Assembly: GCA_964199315.1 (NCBI GenBank)
Contig: OZ116708.1
Coordinates: forward strand, 6,448,001-6,512,000
Reading direction: 5' to 3'
DNA from: Orbicella franksi
Lineage: Eukaryota
Length of the DNA stretch: 64,000 bases
In this document: positions 50,500 through 62,400 of the stretch, one piece after another
Position numbering within the stretch: position 1 is the first letter of the stretch
Layout of the letters: each line of letters starts with the position of its first letter
Made by a program: the position numbers and the translations under genes
Notes under the pieces: generated by a model
What the model was told of the DNA's origin: nothing
The model's input: the letters and a program-made list of their open reading frames with translations, nothing else
Database searches by the model: none

Positions 50500-53400
50500 T
50501 TCCCTCTCGCACGCGAGTCCGCAGCTCGTCAGCAACTCTCTCAGAGTTTATGAAGATGATATATTTACTTTCAGTCGCTTTCAGTGGCTCCTTATTCCAA
50601 ACTGATGGAAATTTTGGTAATTCAAATATTTGACTTCGTCTTTTGACATGCCATAACAAATGCATTTTTGAGCTAATTATCCTGCAATGAACATTTCTTT
50701 GACCTTTACAGAAAATGATGAAATCAATGATGACGACGTCATAATCAACATATAAACAATGGTATCCTGGAGAGCAAGCTAAGTACCATCTATTAAACGC
50801 AAACAAGTGTTTGTACGTCTTATTACCACATCCCTCCCCTCAGAAAAAATAAACAAATAAATAAATCTGAGGGAAGGGCTCATCCTACGTCTTTCTACCT
50901 GTATTGCGTTGTTTAGGTAAGAGTTTCGATTTGAATGCACCTCCGAGTGTCAACTTGAGTATTTTCTATCTATGCGGCATTTCCCATTTCATCCGTTTTA
51001 CCAATAAAGAACTGTCATAAATACTAACTTACAGATGTCACAGTTGTCTCCAGAGTAAGAGGGGTAGCATTCACAGCTGTAACTATTCATCATATCCTGA
51101 CAATACGCGTTTGGCATGCAAGGCTCTGAAGCACAGTCGTCAATGTCCACCTCACATTTTTCTCCGGTGAAGCCAGCTTTGCACGTACAGCTGAAGTCTT
51201 CTGAGTAATTATAAGACCTACACGTGCCGTGATTGAGGCAAGGCATTGATAGACAGACGTCTGTAACGTTTTGGCATTTCTCTCCAGTAAACTGACTCAA
51301 ACATTCACACTTGTAACCTGGTGTCAGATCAATGCAGGTACCATTGTTGATACACGGGTTCGATTCACATTCGTTGATCTCGGTTTGGCAGTAGGTTCCA
51401 TTGTATCCGGCGGGACACAGACAAGAATACCCGAGAATATGGTCAACACAAAAAGCGCCATTTTGACAAGAGGCATTGACACAGTCGTCTATGTTAAGCT
51501 CACAGTACCTTCCAGTATACCCATCAGCACACGAACAAGTGAAACTGTTGACCTTATCGTGGCAGGTTCCGTTGTTAAAACACGGCCTTGGTAAACACTC
51601 GTCTATTTCCAATTCGCAGTAATCTCCGAAGTAGCCAGCGCTACAATTGCAGTAAAAATAGTTATGAGAGTTAACGCAGAAGCCATTTCGACTGCAGTTA
51701 GTTTCTTTGCAGTGGTCAATGCGGTTTTCACAGTTATAGCCGTTGAAGCCCTCTGGACAGGAACAGGTGTAATTTGCCACTAGATCTGAGCACGCGCCAT
51801 TATTTGCACACGGACTGGATTTGCAGTCGTCAATATTAACTTCGCATTGCAGACCTGTCAATCCATTAGGACAGACACAAGCAAATCCGTTGATCTGTAA
51901 AGTAAAAGGAGACTGATTTGAAGTTCCGTCACCGTATCGCTGCTATATACAAGAAACAATCCAATGTGTTTCTACTACTTATGTATAGCACACCTTTTTA
52001 TTAGGCGTTTTAATTTCCTACGTAGCTATAGTCGGGCCTCCCCTTTGTCAGCAGCTCGGTAGTTTAACTAAAATCAGATTTTTTGAAAACGCAAACTACG
52101 ACAGCAAATCTAACTATCTGAAAGCATCCATGGGTCCGTGCACCCATGAATCCATCCATTGATGCATACATGCATCAATGCTTCCATACCTCTATGCATA
52201 CATTTACTCTTTCATTTACCGGAGCAAAAAATCGGAATAATTTGCCAACCAGTTTTAAGGAAGGAAGTTCAATAAAAAAAAAAAAAAAAGGTTTATGGGT
52301 AGGTAGACCTATACTATCAGGTCAAGCAAAACTAATTCTGTAACATTAAGCTAGTAATAGTAAAAAAGTAACCTATATTGTGTGTGGTATTCTCTGCAGA
52401 GCCCTTATTGAAACCAGATTTAACAAAAATGCCGTGTTCAAATAAAAGATTCCATGCATGCATGTATCCATCCATCCACAAAGAACGTTTATGGATTGTC
52501 ATTCATCCTCCAAAATCATTGTCGACGAAAAGGAAAAAGTTTTGCCAACCTTACCATGTTTTTTTTTTCCTCTAAATCTTTATATTTCATTAAATTCTCA
52601 TACAAGTAAATAGGGACTACATCTACTAACCTCAACCGAACTTAATTCATGGAATGTACATAGGTTGCTCCGCTTAACGAATGTTACTACTTGTCTGGGC
52701 TTGTGCTTAATTAATACACGCGCATAACGTAGGATTGAGCATTTGCACATTACCTGATCATAACATGTTCCTCCATAGTAACAAGGGAAAGACAAGCACT
52801 CATCGATTTGCACTGTACAATCATCGCCCAGAAATCCAGGTGCGCAGTCGCAAGTGTAGCTGTTCATTCCGTCTCTGCACGTGGATCCATTACCACAGGA
52901 ACTTAGCACGCAGTCGTCGATATCAACCTCACAGTGTGGTCCACTGAATCCATCAGCACAGGAGCACTTGTAGTTATCCACTTTGTCGATACAAGTAGCA
53001 TTATTGGCGCATGGAGAGCTGGCACACTCATCGATGTCAATGCTGCAGTTTTTTCCTGTGTATCCCTTTTTGCAAGTACAACTGTAGTCATCTATGAGAT
53101 CAGCACAAGCTCCATCGTTTGCGCATGGATTCTTTCCGCAGTCATCGATGTTTACTTCGCAGAGAATACCAACAAAGCCGTCAGAACAAGCGCATTTGTA
53201 TCCATCTATTACGTCAATGCAAGCGCCGTCGTTTAAGCAAGTGACATTCTTACAGTTGTCTATATTGCTCTGGCACTGATCTCCTTCGAAACCATCTGGA
53301 CACTGACAAGTAAAGGAAGTGGTACCATCAAAGCATGTTCCATTGTTCAAGCAGGGCATCGAGGCGCAGTAGTCGATGTCCACATTGCATATTTTACCTG

Positions 53401-56400
53401 TGAAACCTATCGGGCACACGCAGGTAAAGTTGTCCACCCCGTCATGACACGACCCGTTGTTTGAGCAAGGACTCGATGCACAGTCATCTATGTTGTTTTC
53501 GCAGTGTAATCCATCAAAACCATCGCGACAGTCACAGCGATAGGCATTAACCATATCCACACAGCTGGCTTGATTTTGGCAGGGACTGGAGATACATTCA
53601 TCGATGTTGAACTCACACGCTGATCCAGAAAATCCCCTCTCGCAGATACAATAAAATCCATTAATTTGATCTAAGCATGTAGCGTTGTTCTTGCATTCTG
53701 CCCCAGCACAATCGTCGATATTATGTTCACAATTTGTCCCGTTAAATCCTGCAAGACAATTGCACTGGTAACTGTCAATTCCATCGCGGCAGTGGCCCCA
53801 GTTTTGACAAGGGTCACTCGCGCAGTCATCGATATTCTCTTCGCAATCGTTGCCTTGGTAACCAACCGGACAGACGCACTCGTAGTTGTTTATTTTGTCT
53901 CTGCAAGTGGCTCCATTCTGGCATGGAGATAACAGACATTCATCAATGTCCGTATCACACAGTCTTCCCGTATAACCAGGCTCACATTGGCAATGATAAC
54001 CACCAGGGAGATTTCTGCACGAGGCATTGTTTGAACACGGCGAAGAAACGCACTCATCTATATCCTCTTCGCAGTTAGGGCCTCGGTAACCATATGCGCA
54101 TGAGCAGGTGTAGTCGTTGAGCAGGTCTTGACATGTGCCATTGTTAAAACATGGTTTATCTTGACAGTCGTCAATATCAGTAGCACACTGCTTCCCAGTG
54201 TAACCAGGTTGGCAGGAGCACAGGAAATCGCCAATGAGGTCAGTACACGTGGCGTTGTTGATACAAGGGTTAGAATAGCACTCGTCGATTTCTGGAACAA
54301 ATAAACCCCCTAGAATTAGAAACTATGAGTTTCCAGCTTTAAGTGGTTGCGGACAAAAAATTAGGTAAACGTGACACAATTTAAAAGCACGCACAGAAGC
54401 TCCGCGAAGAAATGGAATTGTACTTAGGCGGTATTCTATGTTAATTGACAAGTGATCAAAGTTCATAAGCATTCTTTTGTCAATCGATTCCAGAACTTTT
54501 ACGACGTGTTCTTTTTATCATCATTCGCAGTCCGTCTCATCTTAATCAATCGTAGCCACCCGTTTTCGTCTTCGTTTAAGTTTACATCTTCAGTGTCCAT
54601 CTGGCTTAGTTAACAAACTTCTTTTTTGATGAGGTTTCTGTTTAATTGAAATGATTTGTATGTTATAAACGTCTCTTGTTAAAACTATTGCTGTCTTAAA
54701 GATTTTCTTTGAAATTTATCTTACTGAACCATTTAGGGAAGAGCGGCTCTCAATGTTTCAGTAAGACTACTGACCTATACAGTCTTGTGCGTTCTTTGAT
54801 CCGGGTCTCAGTGTTACAGTTGTTCCTGGGCATGAAAAACACACACGACTCTTATCACGTGGCTGAAAAGAGCGTCGATCGCATAAAGAACATGGGGCCA
54901 GTCCAGTTGGGGAAAATGATCCAGCCGGGCACGGAACTGTGGAAAATAATTGATCAAATGCTAGTCATCAGAATGAAGATTTTTAAATTCGTTTGGAAGA
55001 AACAATATGTAAAACCATCATTTAAATCCATTAATATTAACATCGTTTTCGACATTGACACAATGTCTACTTAAACTGAATGTGCTAACGACGTGTTCTT
55101 GATTAAAGAACGTAGCCGAGGTCAAGTTTTAGCACCTAAATTGAGGAGCGAGACAGGTCCTTAAGTTACTAGGTATGTTGCCGGTCCGCTACAAGCCAAC
55201 TCAGCATTCTTTTCTTAGCTTGCCCTTACAAAAGGCTAATAGCTAGCAGGCATATCATTTAGATTCCCTGGTGGAGGAAGAGACTGTGTCCATGTCGTCC
55301 AAAGAGCACAAGGAAACTTCGCAGGGTACGAAAAAGAACCAGAACCTCTTAATCCAAAAGTAACTTTGCTAGAAATCAGATTATTGCATTTCTTTGGGAG
55401 TAACACCTGGTGTATCACATACATGGAATCTTTTTTTTTAAATACATACCTTTACATTGTGTGGAGCTGTTAGATCCCTCAGCAGAAGTTGTCTTGTTCG
55501 GACTGCATTTAAAGCATGAGCTTTGGCCCTCCTTGGACTGATAATAGCCCTTGTCACAAAGAAGACAGGGCTCCATTCCGGTGGGCGAGTGCGAACCAGG
55601 TCGACAGAGAGCTGCCATGAAAACAAATAGTCAAGAGAGGCTGCCAGTTATGCTTAGTCCTAGAGGTTGCGCACTTCACTCTACCTCAATATATATTAGA
55701 TAATATCTTAAGGTCTACTGAACACTTGACGTGACCACAGGATATTCAACCTCTGGTGAAATTCTGGGACCCTACCTTTACTCCCTCCCCCCTCCCATTG
55801 TGTATTCGGCGTTTTTTTATGTTCATTGATTCCGCTTTGCCATATAGCCAAGGTTATTAGATTGCTCATTCGTTAGTGTCAACAGCTCAGAGCTGAGAAA
55901 TTTCTGTCTCATCAGCTTTATTAGAAAAGTCAGTTACCTAAGCAGTCGGAGCTATTCTGTGTTCTGGAGTCTGTTGTGGAAGTGCCTGGTGGACACATCG
56001 CACACTCTTCCTGTGCACTGAGCTCTTGGTATGATCCGATAGGACAGTCTTCGCACTTTCCAGTGGTACTGTCTAAGTAAGTCCCCAGCGTGCAGTTTAC
56101 TGTAGATCACAAAGACAAAGATGCAGTCAAGAAGTTTGTATGAATGTAAAACAAGCAAATTCAACTTACCTCGACAATAAACTAATGAGCTCTTTACAGT
56201 TATAACTAAAATAATATAAGGCAAGATAGTTTTGCTGTAAGCGTAATTCACTAGCAGGAAACGTCTTAGGTACTTCGTGAGAAATGCTGACAAGAGCTTA
56301 ACGGCTAAAACTAAAATCTGAAAAACTAGAAATAAAACTTTATCCTGTGCCTAGTTTAAAATGAAGCAGTTGAAGCATCGCATTGTTGGGTCTTTTGGCG

Positions 56401-59400
56401 CAAAAATGCGATCAAATTAATAACAAATGTTAATTTGAGGAAATATACTAACGGCAATATCCCTTTTTATTAAATGTTTGTCCCTTGGTACAGAATTGTT
56501 TAGGTTCTGAGATGTTGAATGAATTTCCATCAGCTACGAAGTCAGTGCCATTGATGGTCAGACTGAGATTGCCGTTGTCAACTGCAGCTTTTATCCGACT
56601 GCTGATGTTTTTGGCAATTTTTGTGCCCTCCTCGCCAATGAAGATCTGGCCTTCTTTGGTGTCATTTGCTTCAATGCCATTAAGGTCAACTACAAGAGTT
56701 AAGCATTAAAATATCATTATTGCACTGAGACTCGATAATAATAGGTTGTGGCATAGATTATTTAAAGTCTTTGACTTTGTGTCTTTTGGTATCTTTTTGG
56801 TTGCCTTATGGTTAATATGTTGGCGAGAAATATTTCCAACGTGGCTGCGCTGATAGGCTAGAGACTTTCTCTCACAGCTCTTTGCTATACCCAAGAGTTT
56901 GGTTTAGGTAAAGGTGGATAAGGACAACCGGATGCTATTTAAGTCCCATCCGGCAGTATACAGATATTTCCATTCCATCCATACCACGGAAATGGGAATT
57001 AAATTAAAACCCAGTCATGAGTTAATGCCTTTAAATTTTCAATTCTCGGAAGCTACATTCTCCGTTATCAGTATAACGAGTAACGTGACTTTTTGACATT
57101 AAACCATTGCAAAGTGAGAAAAAGGTCGGTTGAACGATTTAATTTAGGCAGGGTGATTCAAAACTTGAAGTTTAATTTTCTAACTATCTAGTTTTAGGAG
57201 AACAAGTCTTTCTTCACACGCTAAACTGCAAGTTATGTAGAAAAACACTTTATTATAATCGACGCAGACAACCCTTTTGTCATTTTCAGGTGTTCAGTCG
57301 TCCCAAAAAACAAACAATTAAAATAATATTATTGACCTACCAACGATATCTAGAGTAACTGTGGTTCGTGGAATTGATCGTCGAGTTCTTCTATGATGAC
57401 CAACATCGTCTGGAAAATAATAATAATAATAATAATAATAATAACGTAAAGAGATTAAAGATTCAGGCAATTCAAATTACAGGGCTTATTCTCTACAGGT
57501 AATTATACTGAGGTACAGTCTTAGTTTACAACAATTGGATAGTGCAAGTGCGAGTGCAAGTGCACAAGACTGTAAGATGAGATGTGGCTGGACAAAGTGG
57601 TTTTCTGTCAGTCTGTGTGTGTCTGTCTGTCTGTGTGTCTGTCTGTCTGTCTGTTCAGATCTGTAAAACAAATATTTAATAAGCAAGCTCCCAAACTGAT
57701 TTGGTGCAACGTTTAGATCTATTTGAAAACATCCAGTAAGAAAGCGTGCACTTATAGCTGCACTTCTCGGACTTAGTAGAACAACAGTTCTGTAGTCCAA
57801 GCCGTTCACGTAATGTTGAAGCAAGCAAAGAGAATGTACATCTTCTTTTCCGCAGTGTTCTCTTAAGAAACTAGACAAAAATTTTCTCTTTGTAAGTTCG
57901 AGTAATGCAAACATTCTTGAAAGTTTGGAAGAACTCGAAAAAGCACATGCCGTTCGTGTTCCTTTTTGCATATTTCCACTATGCAAAAACTTGATAGCCT
58001 AGGGATTATGCAAATCCTAATAACAGAGGCTTTGAGCAAACAATTAAGAATAAAAATCAGCGATAACATTTTCGAATGACGTTTCGATGACCCGTGCACC
58101 ATTCGAAATTATTATCGCTGATTTTTATTCTTAATCTATTATGAGCCTCCCAGTACCCACGGAGTAAGTCGGACTTGATCTAGCTGTTCGCTTCCATTTT
58201 CGCCTAGTCTTGGGTTTTCACCAGGCCAGATCGATTCCCCATGACTCATTACCATGTCGTGAATAATAATACCTACGGTAGAATATTACATTATTCCATC
58301 CAATTGAAACAACGAGGATGTTTCTTGTTTCTTAAAATAATGAGAGCTTTGTGTAATGTTGCCATACCTGCTGAACGCCTTCTCCTACTGATAACAAAAT
58401 CAACCGCAGCGCACGTTACTTTCACATTTTTTGCCTTGCACTTGTCCTTGAGTGCTGGATCTTGGCAGACCTCTTTGAAGAAAGACTCGTTTAACAGTTG
58501 GATAAAGTTCTGTTTTATTTGAGCCTGGGCTTCTGGCGTATTACAGTCACCATAGTAGTAGTGCAAATCCATTGCCATCCTGACATCGTTGGGGCGGTAT
58601 ACCTCTACAAAAGGGTGGACAAACAAAACGAGTTGGGTCTTCCTTACATTATCTGAGGGTCTGGATGGGTTTTAACTGAACTGATAGCAGAGAATAGGTC
58701 AAGATTTGTGAAAATATGAAAAATATGCGAGGTTTCTTTTTTTTCTTTTTTTAACTAAGAACTGCGATCTCAGATCAGCAAAATTTGCCAATAGTTGAGA
58801 ATGAGCTGAACTTTGACTGATAACTAAATAAAATCGCCCAAAATGTGGAAAGCTTTTAAAACACGAAATGGCGAGATTACGAAATGGCACTACAAGTAAG
58901 AGTCCATGTGGGATATGGGTGTCTGTAAGCGTTACCTTTACAATTACTGAGAGCTAACCACTGTCAAGGCAGTAATATTTAGGCTAATCTGAGTTCTATT
59001 TAGGCTAACTGGAGCCATTTCGCCATTTCGTTGCTTAAAAACGCCCTGAAATTTAACTGATAACTGAGTTCCCACCATTTCATCTAGACCGTCTTAAAAA
59101 AAAAATTGTGGCTTGGTAAATATTGACAGAATTTCATTTCTAGTGTCAAGCACTTTTATAGACCATGGGAACTGCGTCATAACATTAGTTTTTAAAACGC
59201 AAGTACAACCGCTAGACTCAGGCCCATAATACCCTTCTCCGTTGACATTTAATTAATTTTACTTCAATATAAAACATGATTAATTCAATCCACCATTTGG
59301 ATTACACTACATTGTTATGTCCTTAGCAAATAACATAAATCAAGATAAGATTCCAGAACGGTAAAAAAGAAAAACTATGAAAGAACATATTAACATTGCG

Positions 59401-62400
59401 AAGTTACTTACGAAAATAATATCAAAGTAACACATAGCAAAGGAGCAAAACAATTATGTCAGAAAATTTCAATTTTCGGTACACTTGCACAGTTGACACA
59501 GTTGACGGTTTGTTGTCACATATTAAAAATGCCCCTTAAAGACAAGCCATCGCCAAAAGAAGACAGGGAATGGTATTTATGTAATTTCTTGTGTTGTAGT
59601 GTAAAAAGGAAAAATGCAACTAATTATTTACTCACTTGTACAGTCTGGAAAACGATTGGTTGGCATCCAAGTTCCTCTTGCTCCGCAAACCCACATAGTC
59701 GCAGGTAAAGGTTGGGCAAAGTCCGATTTGTTGCTGCAAAAAGGTGAACAGAACGTTCCAAACATCCAATCGTCACAAGCCTTTGCGCCCCCTTTGGGAG
59801 GAGGCAGGTCACTGCACTTCGTCGCTGTACGAGTAAAGAAAATTAAATTTTTCCAACAATTATTGTTATTGTTCTTCTTCATTCTTTCTGACCGGTTACT
59901 TTCAAAAGTACTTTTCAACATTGATTGTTAGTTTTGTTAAAAATACAAAGAACCGCTGATAATAATTTTGTTCATTACAATGTCGTCATCAACACAATGT
60001 CTTCTGCATAGTGAGATACAGGCAATTAGGGGTTAAACTGATGGTATTCCGAAGAGGTCACCGTAGTTTATCAAGTATTAGCACATAATAGGAGTAAAAC
60101 AGTACGCGACAAAGAGGAAGTCGACATTAAATTTAACACCAAAGAGTTTGGCTAGTTCAAGGTACTGAGCGGTAGTTGCATGTGGCACGGGACGTTTATA
60201 CAACTTTCAGATGCTTGCCCTTTTCTATTTTTTCAAAATTGGGTCTTCAAATATCTTAGGTTAGTCTACCTGATGCTTACGTTTAACCGTTATAGTAAAC
60301 TGGCAAACAGCTGGGTCGTTATCTGGATTATCATCGTAAGCTGTGCAATGCACATTCCATGTCCCCCAGTAAAACTCAGTCCCACTTTGATGACTGCATG
60401 TTATCACCAATGGACTATTGCTGTTGTCTTTAAACTGAGGTTCGTTCCACGTAACTGTTGTTGTCATCTTCGTAGCAGTAATTTTCTGGTCTGCGGGGCA
60501 ATATACAACCTGAGGGCCTAAATTATCTACGATGAAAATATATAAAGGGTTTGTGTCAAGAAAAGACTCTATCCTCGGAGCAGATTCTATTACATTGACA
60601 TAGCTCTACCGGCCATTTTGGCGATAATTCTTACACCACACAATGACAAGAGAGAAAGAGCGGAGAGTGATCGGTCTTCACTCTTAGACCGAGGTGAGAT
60701 TGTTGGCAGCTGACAGAGTGCTGGACTATAATTTCCTAGCCTTTTACTCAGACATTATATGAGTAAGGAATCATGTCAGCAATATAAAAAACAGTTCGGA
60801 AATCAATTTGGCATAATTCTCCATACACGTGGCAAAATCTCTTTCGGACTCACCTTCCAAAACTACTTTAAACGAACACTCTTTCTTGTTCCCACTTGCA
60901 TCTCTTGCAGTGTAAACAACAAGAGTAGTTTTATTGAAGACGTGTGGTGGGCTGATCCCTGCTGGAACAACTGTAACTTGTGGTGGCAGATCGTCGTTGT
61001 CCAGAGCGACAGGCTCCGTCCAATTAACCAATGCTGTAGAATTTTCATTGATGCTTGCGCGAATATCTGAAGGACAACTACTCTTGAACACTGGTGGGGT
61101 AACATCTATGAGAATATGTCAATACAAAAATACGTTAAGATTTCAGACGTACCATCTTCCTTGACGGATCATCATAGCCCAATCGTTTAACTATTATAGA
61201 AATCAGCTGACTTTTAAAAATGCAGTTCTCTAATAAGCTAAAGGCCGCATGTGTCTCTATCCACCCAAATAGAGACGGAAACGTTATAGATCTATGTAAC
61301 ATGTGTTTCTAAATAAATATAGTTGAATCTAAACATCCGCTGTGTGTTTTTGTTGTTGTTGCTGTTGTATATAGCTTTACTAGACTGGAATAAACTTCTA
61401 ATGAATACTTTAAAAGTGAAATGTTTTAAAATAGATATAAATGTTTCTTTCAACAGGGAGCCCACTTCACATACACGTGGTTTTCAGTGGGGCCCTGCAA
61501 AAATAAAATTGCAAAAGCTAAAGAGATAGTAGATTAAAAATAATAATAACATTTAACCATTGTGCTAATAGAAATATAGAAAACAGTAAAAAAAAAAAAA
61601 AAAAAAAATGAGAATTAAAAATTAAGAAAAACCCCTAATTCGACTTTTAAAATTAAAAATACTGATACTGTTCCTAACTTCATTGGGTAAAGTATTCCAT
61701 TCATTAACTGCATTGTAAATAAAACGCTTTTGTCCCCAGGAATGACGGGATGGAGGCTTACAAATGCTGTCTTTACTTCTCGTATTATACCCACGAATAT
61801 CTTTAAAACTACAAAAATTAAAATCCCAGTCTATTAAACCATTTAAGGCCTTAAAAATTAAAATCATGCGATAAAACCTTCTTCTTCTCTTCATGTTCTC
61901 CCAGCCGAGCTGTACGAGTGCCTCTGTAGCAGATGAATGCATTGACTTGTCGAGAACAATCCTCGCAGCTGTGTTTTGCAGTACTTGGATTTTATTCATC
62001 AGGATTACATTGTTTTTGTCTCCCCATGTAACATCCGCATAGTCTAATAACGGTGTTATGGTCGTCTTAACAAAAAGTTCTCTGATGTTCCTCGGAAGAA
62101 AACACTTAATTCTTCGTAATAAACCCAATCTTTGCGAGACTTTGGCACAGAGGTGTTCTACATGGTCTGACCAAGTCAGATTCTCATTTATTCTCGTTTA
62201 CAACATTAACTAAGCGAAAAAGACTGACCAGCCTCTATTTATATGCAGTTATCAACGATACACAAGATTGACACTGATACTGATACAACACATACTCGGA
62301 TCAATATATGATAATTTACAAAGCGGTTACCAAGGCACTGTAAAATTGAAGATTCATTTTTGGTCCAGTTTCCATCATTCCCACACAGAATCGAGCTAAC

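Noticed and set aside
51271-53932. Plus-strand ORFs overlapping the EGF exons (also 30136-30405, 49334-49984, 60759-61164)
   Set aside because: Antisense or alternative-frame shadows of real coding exons.
51033-54291. Calling gene C Notch, Crumbs or fibropellin
   Set aside because: No LNR or ankyrin repeats, no ERLI tail, no avidin domain; context is Sushi/HYR/GCC/pentraxin.
55236-55424. Possible fourth, decayed GCC repeat ([13 protein letters not shown])
   Set aside because: Most conserved Cys are missing and 55450 splices in phase to 54936 without it.
57486-57986. 166-aa ORF
   Set aside because: Runs through a (GTCT)n/(GT)n microsatellite inside an intron; no domain.
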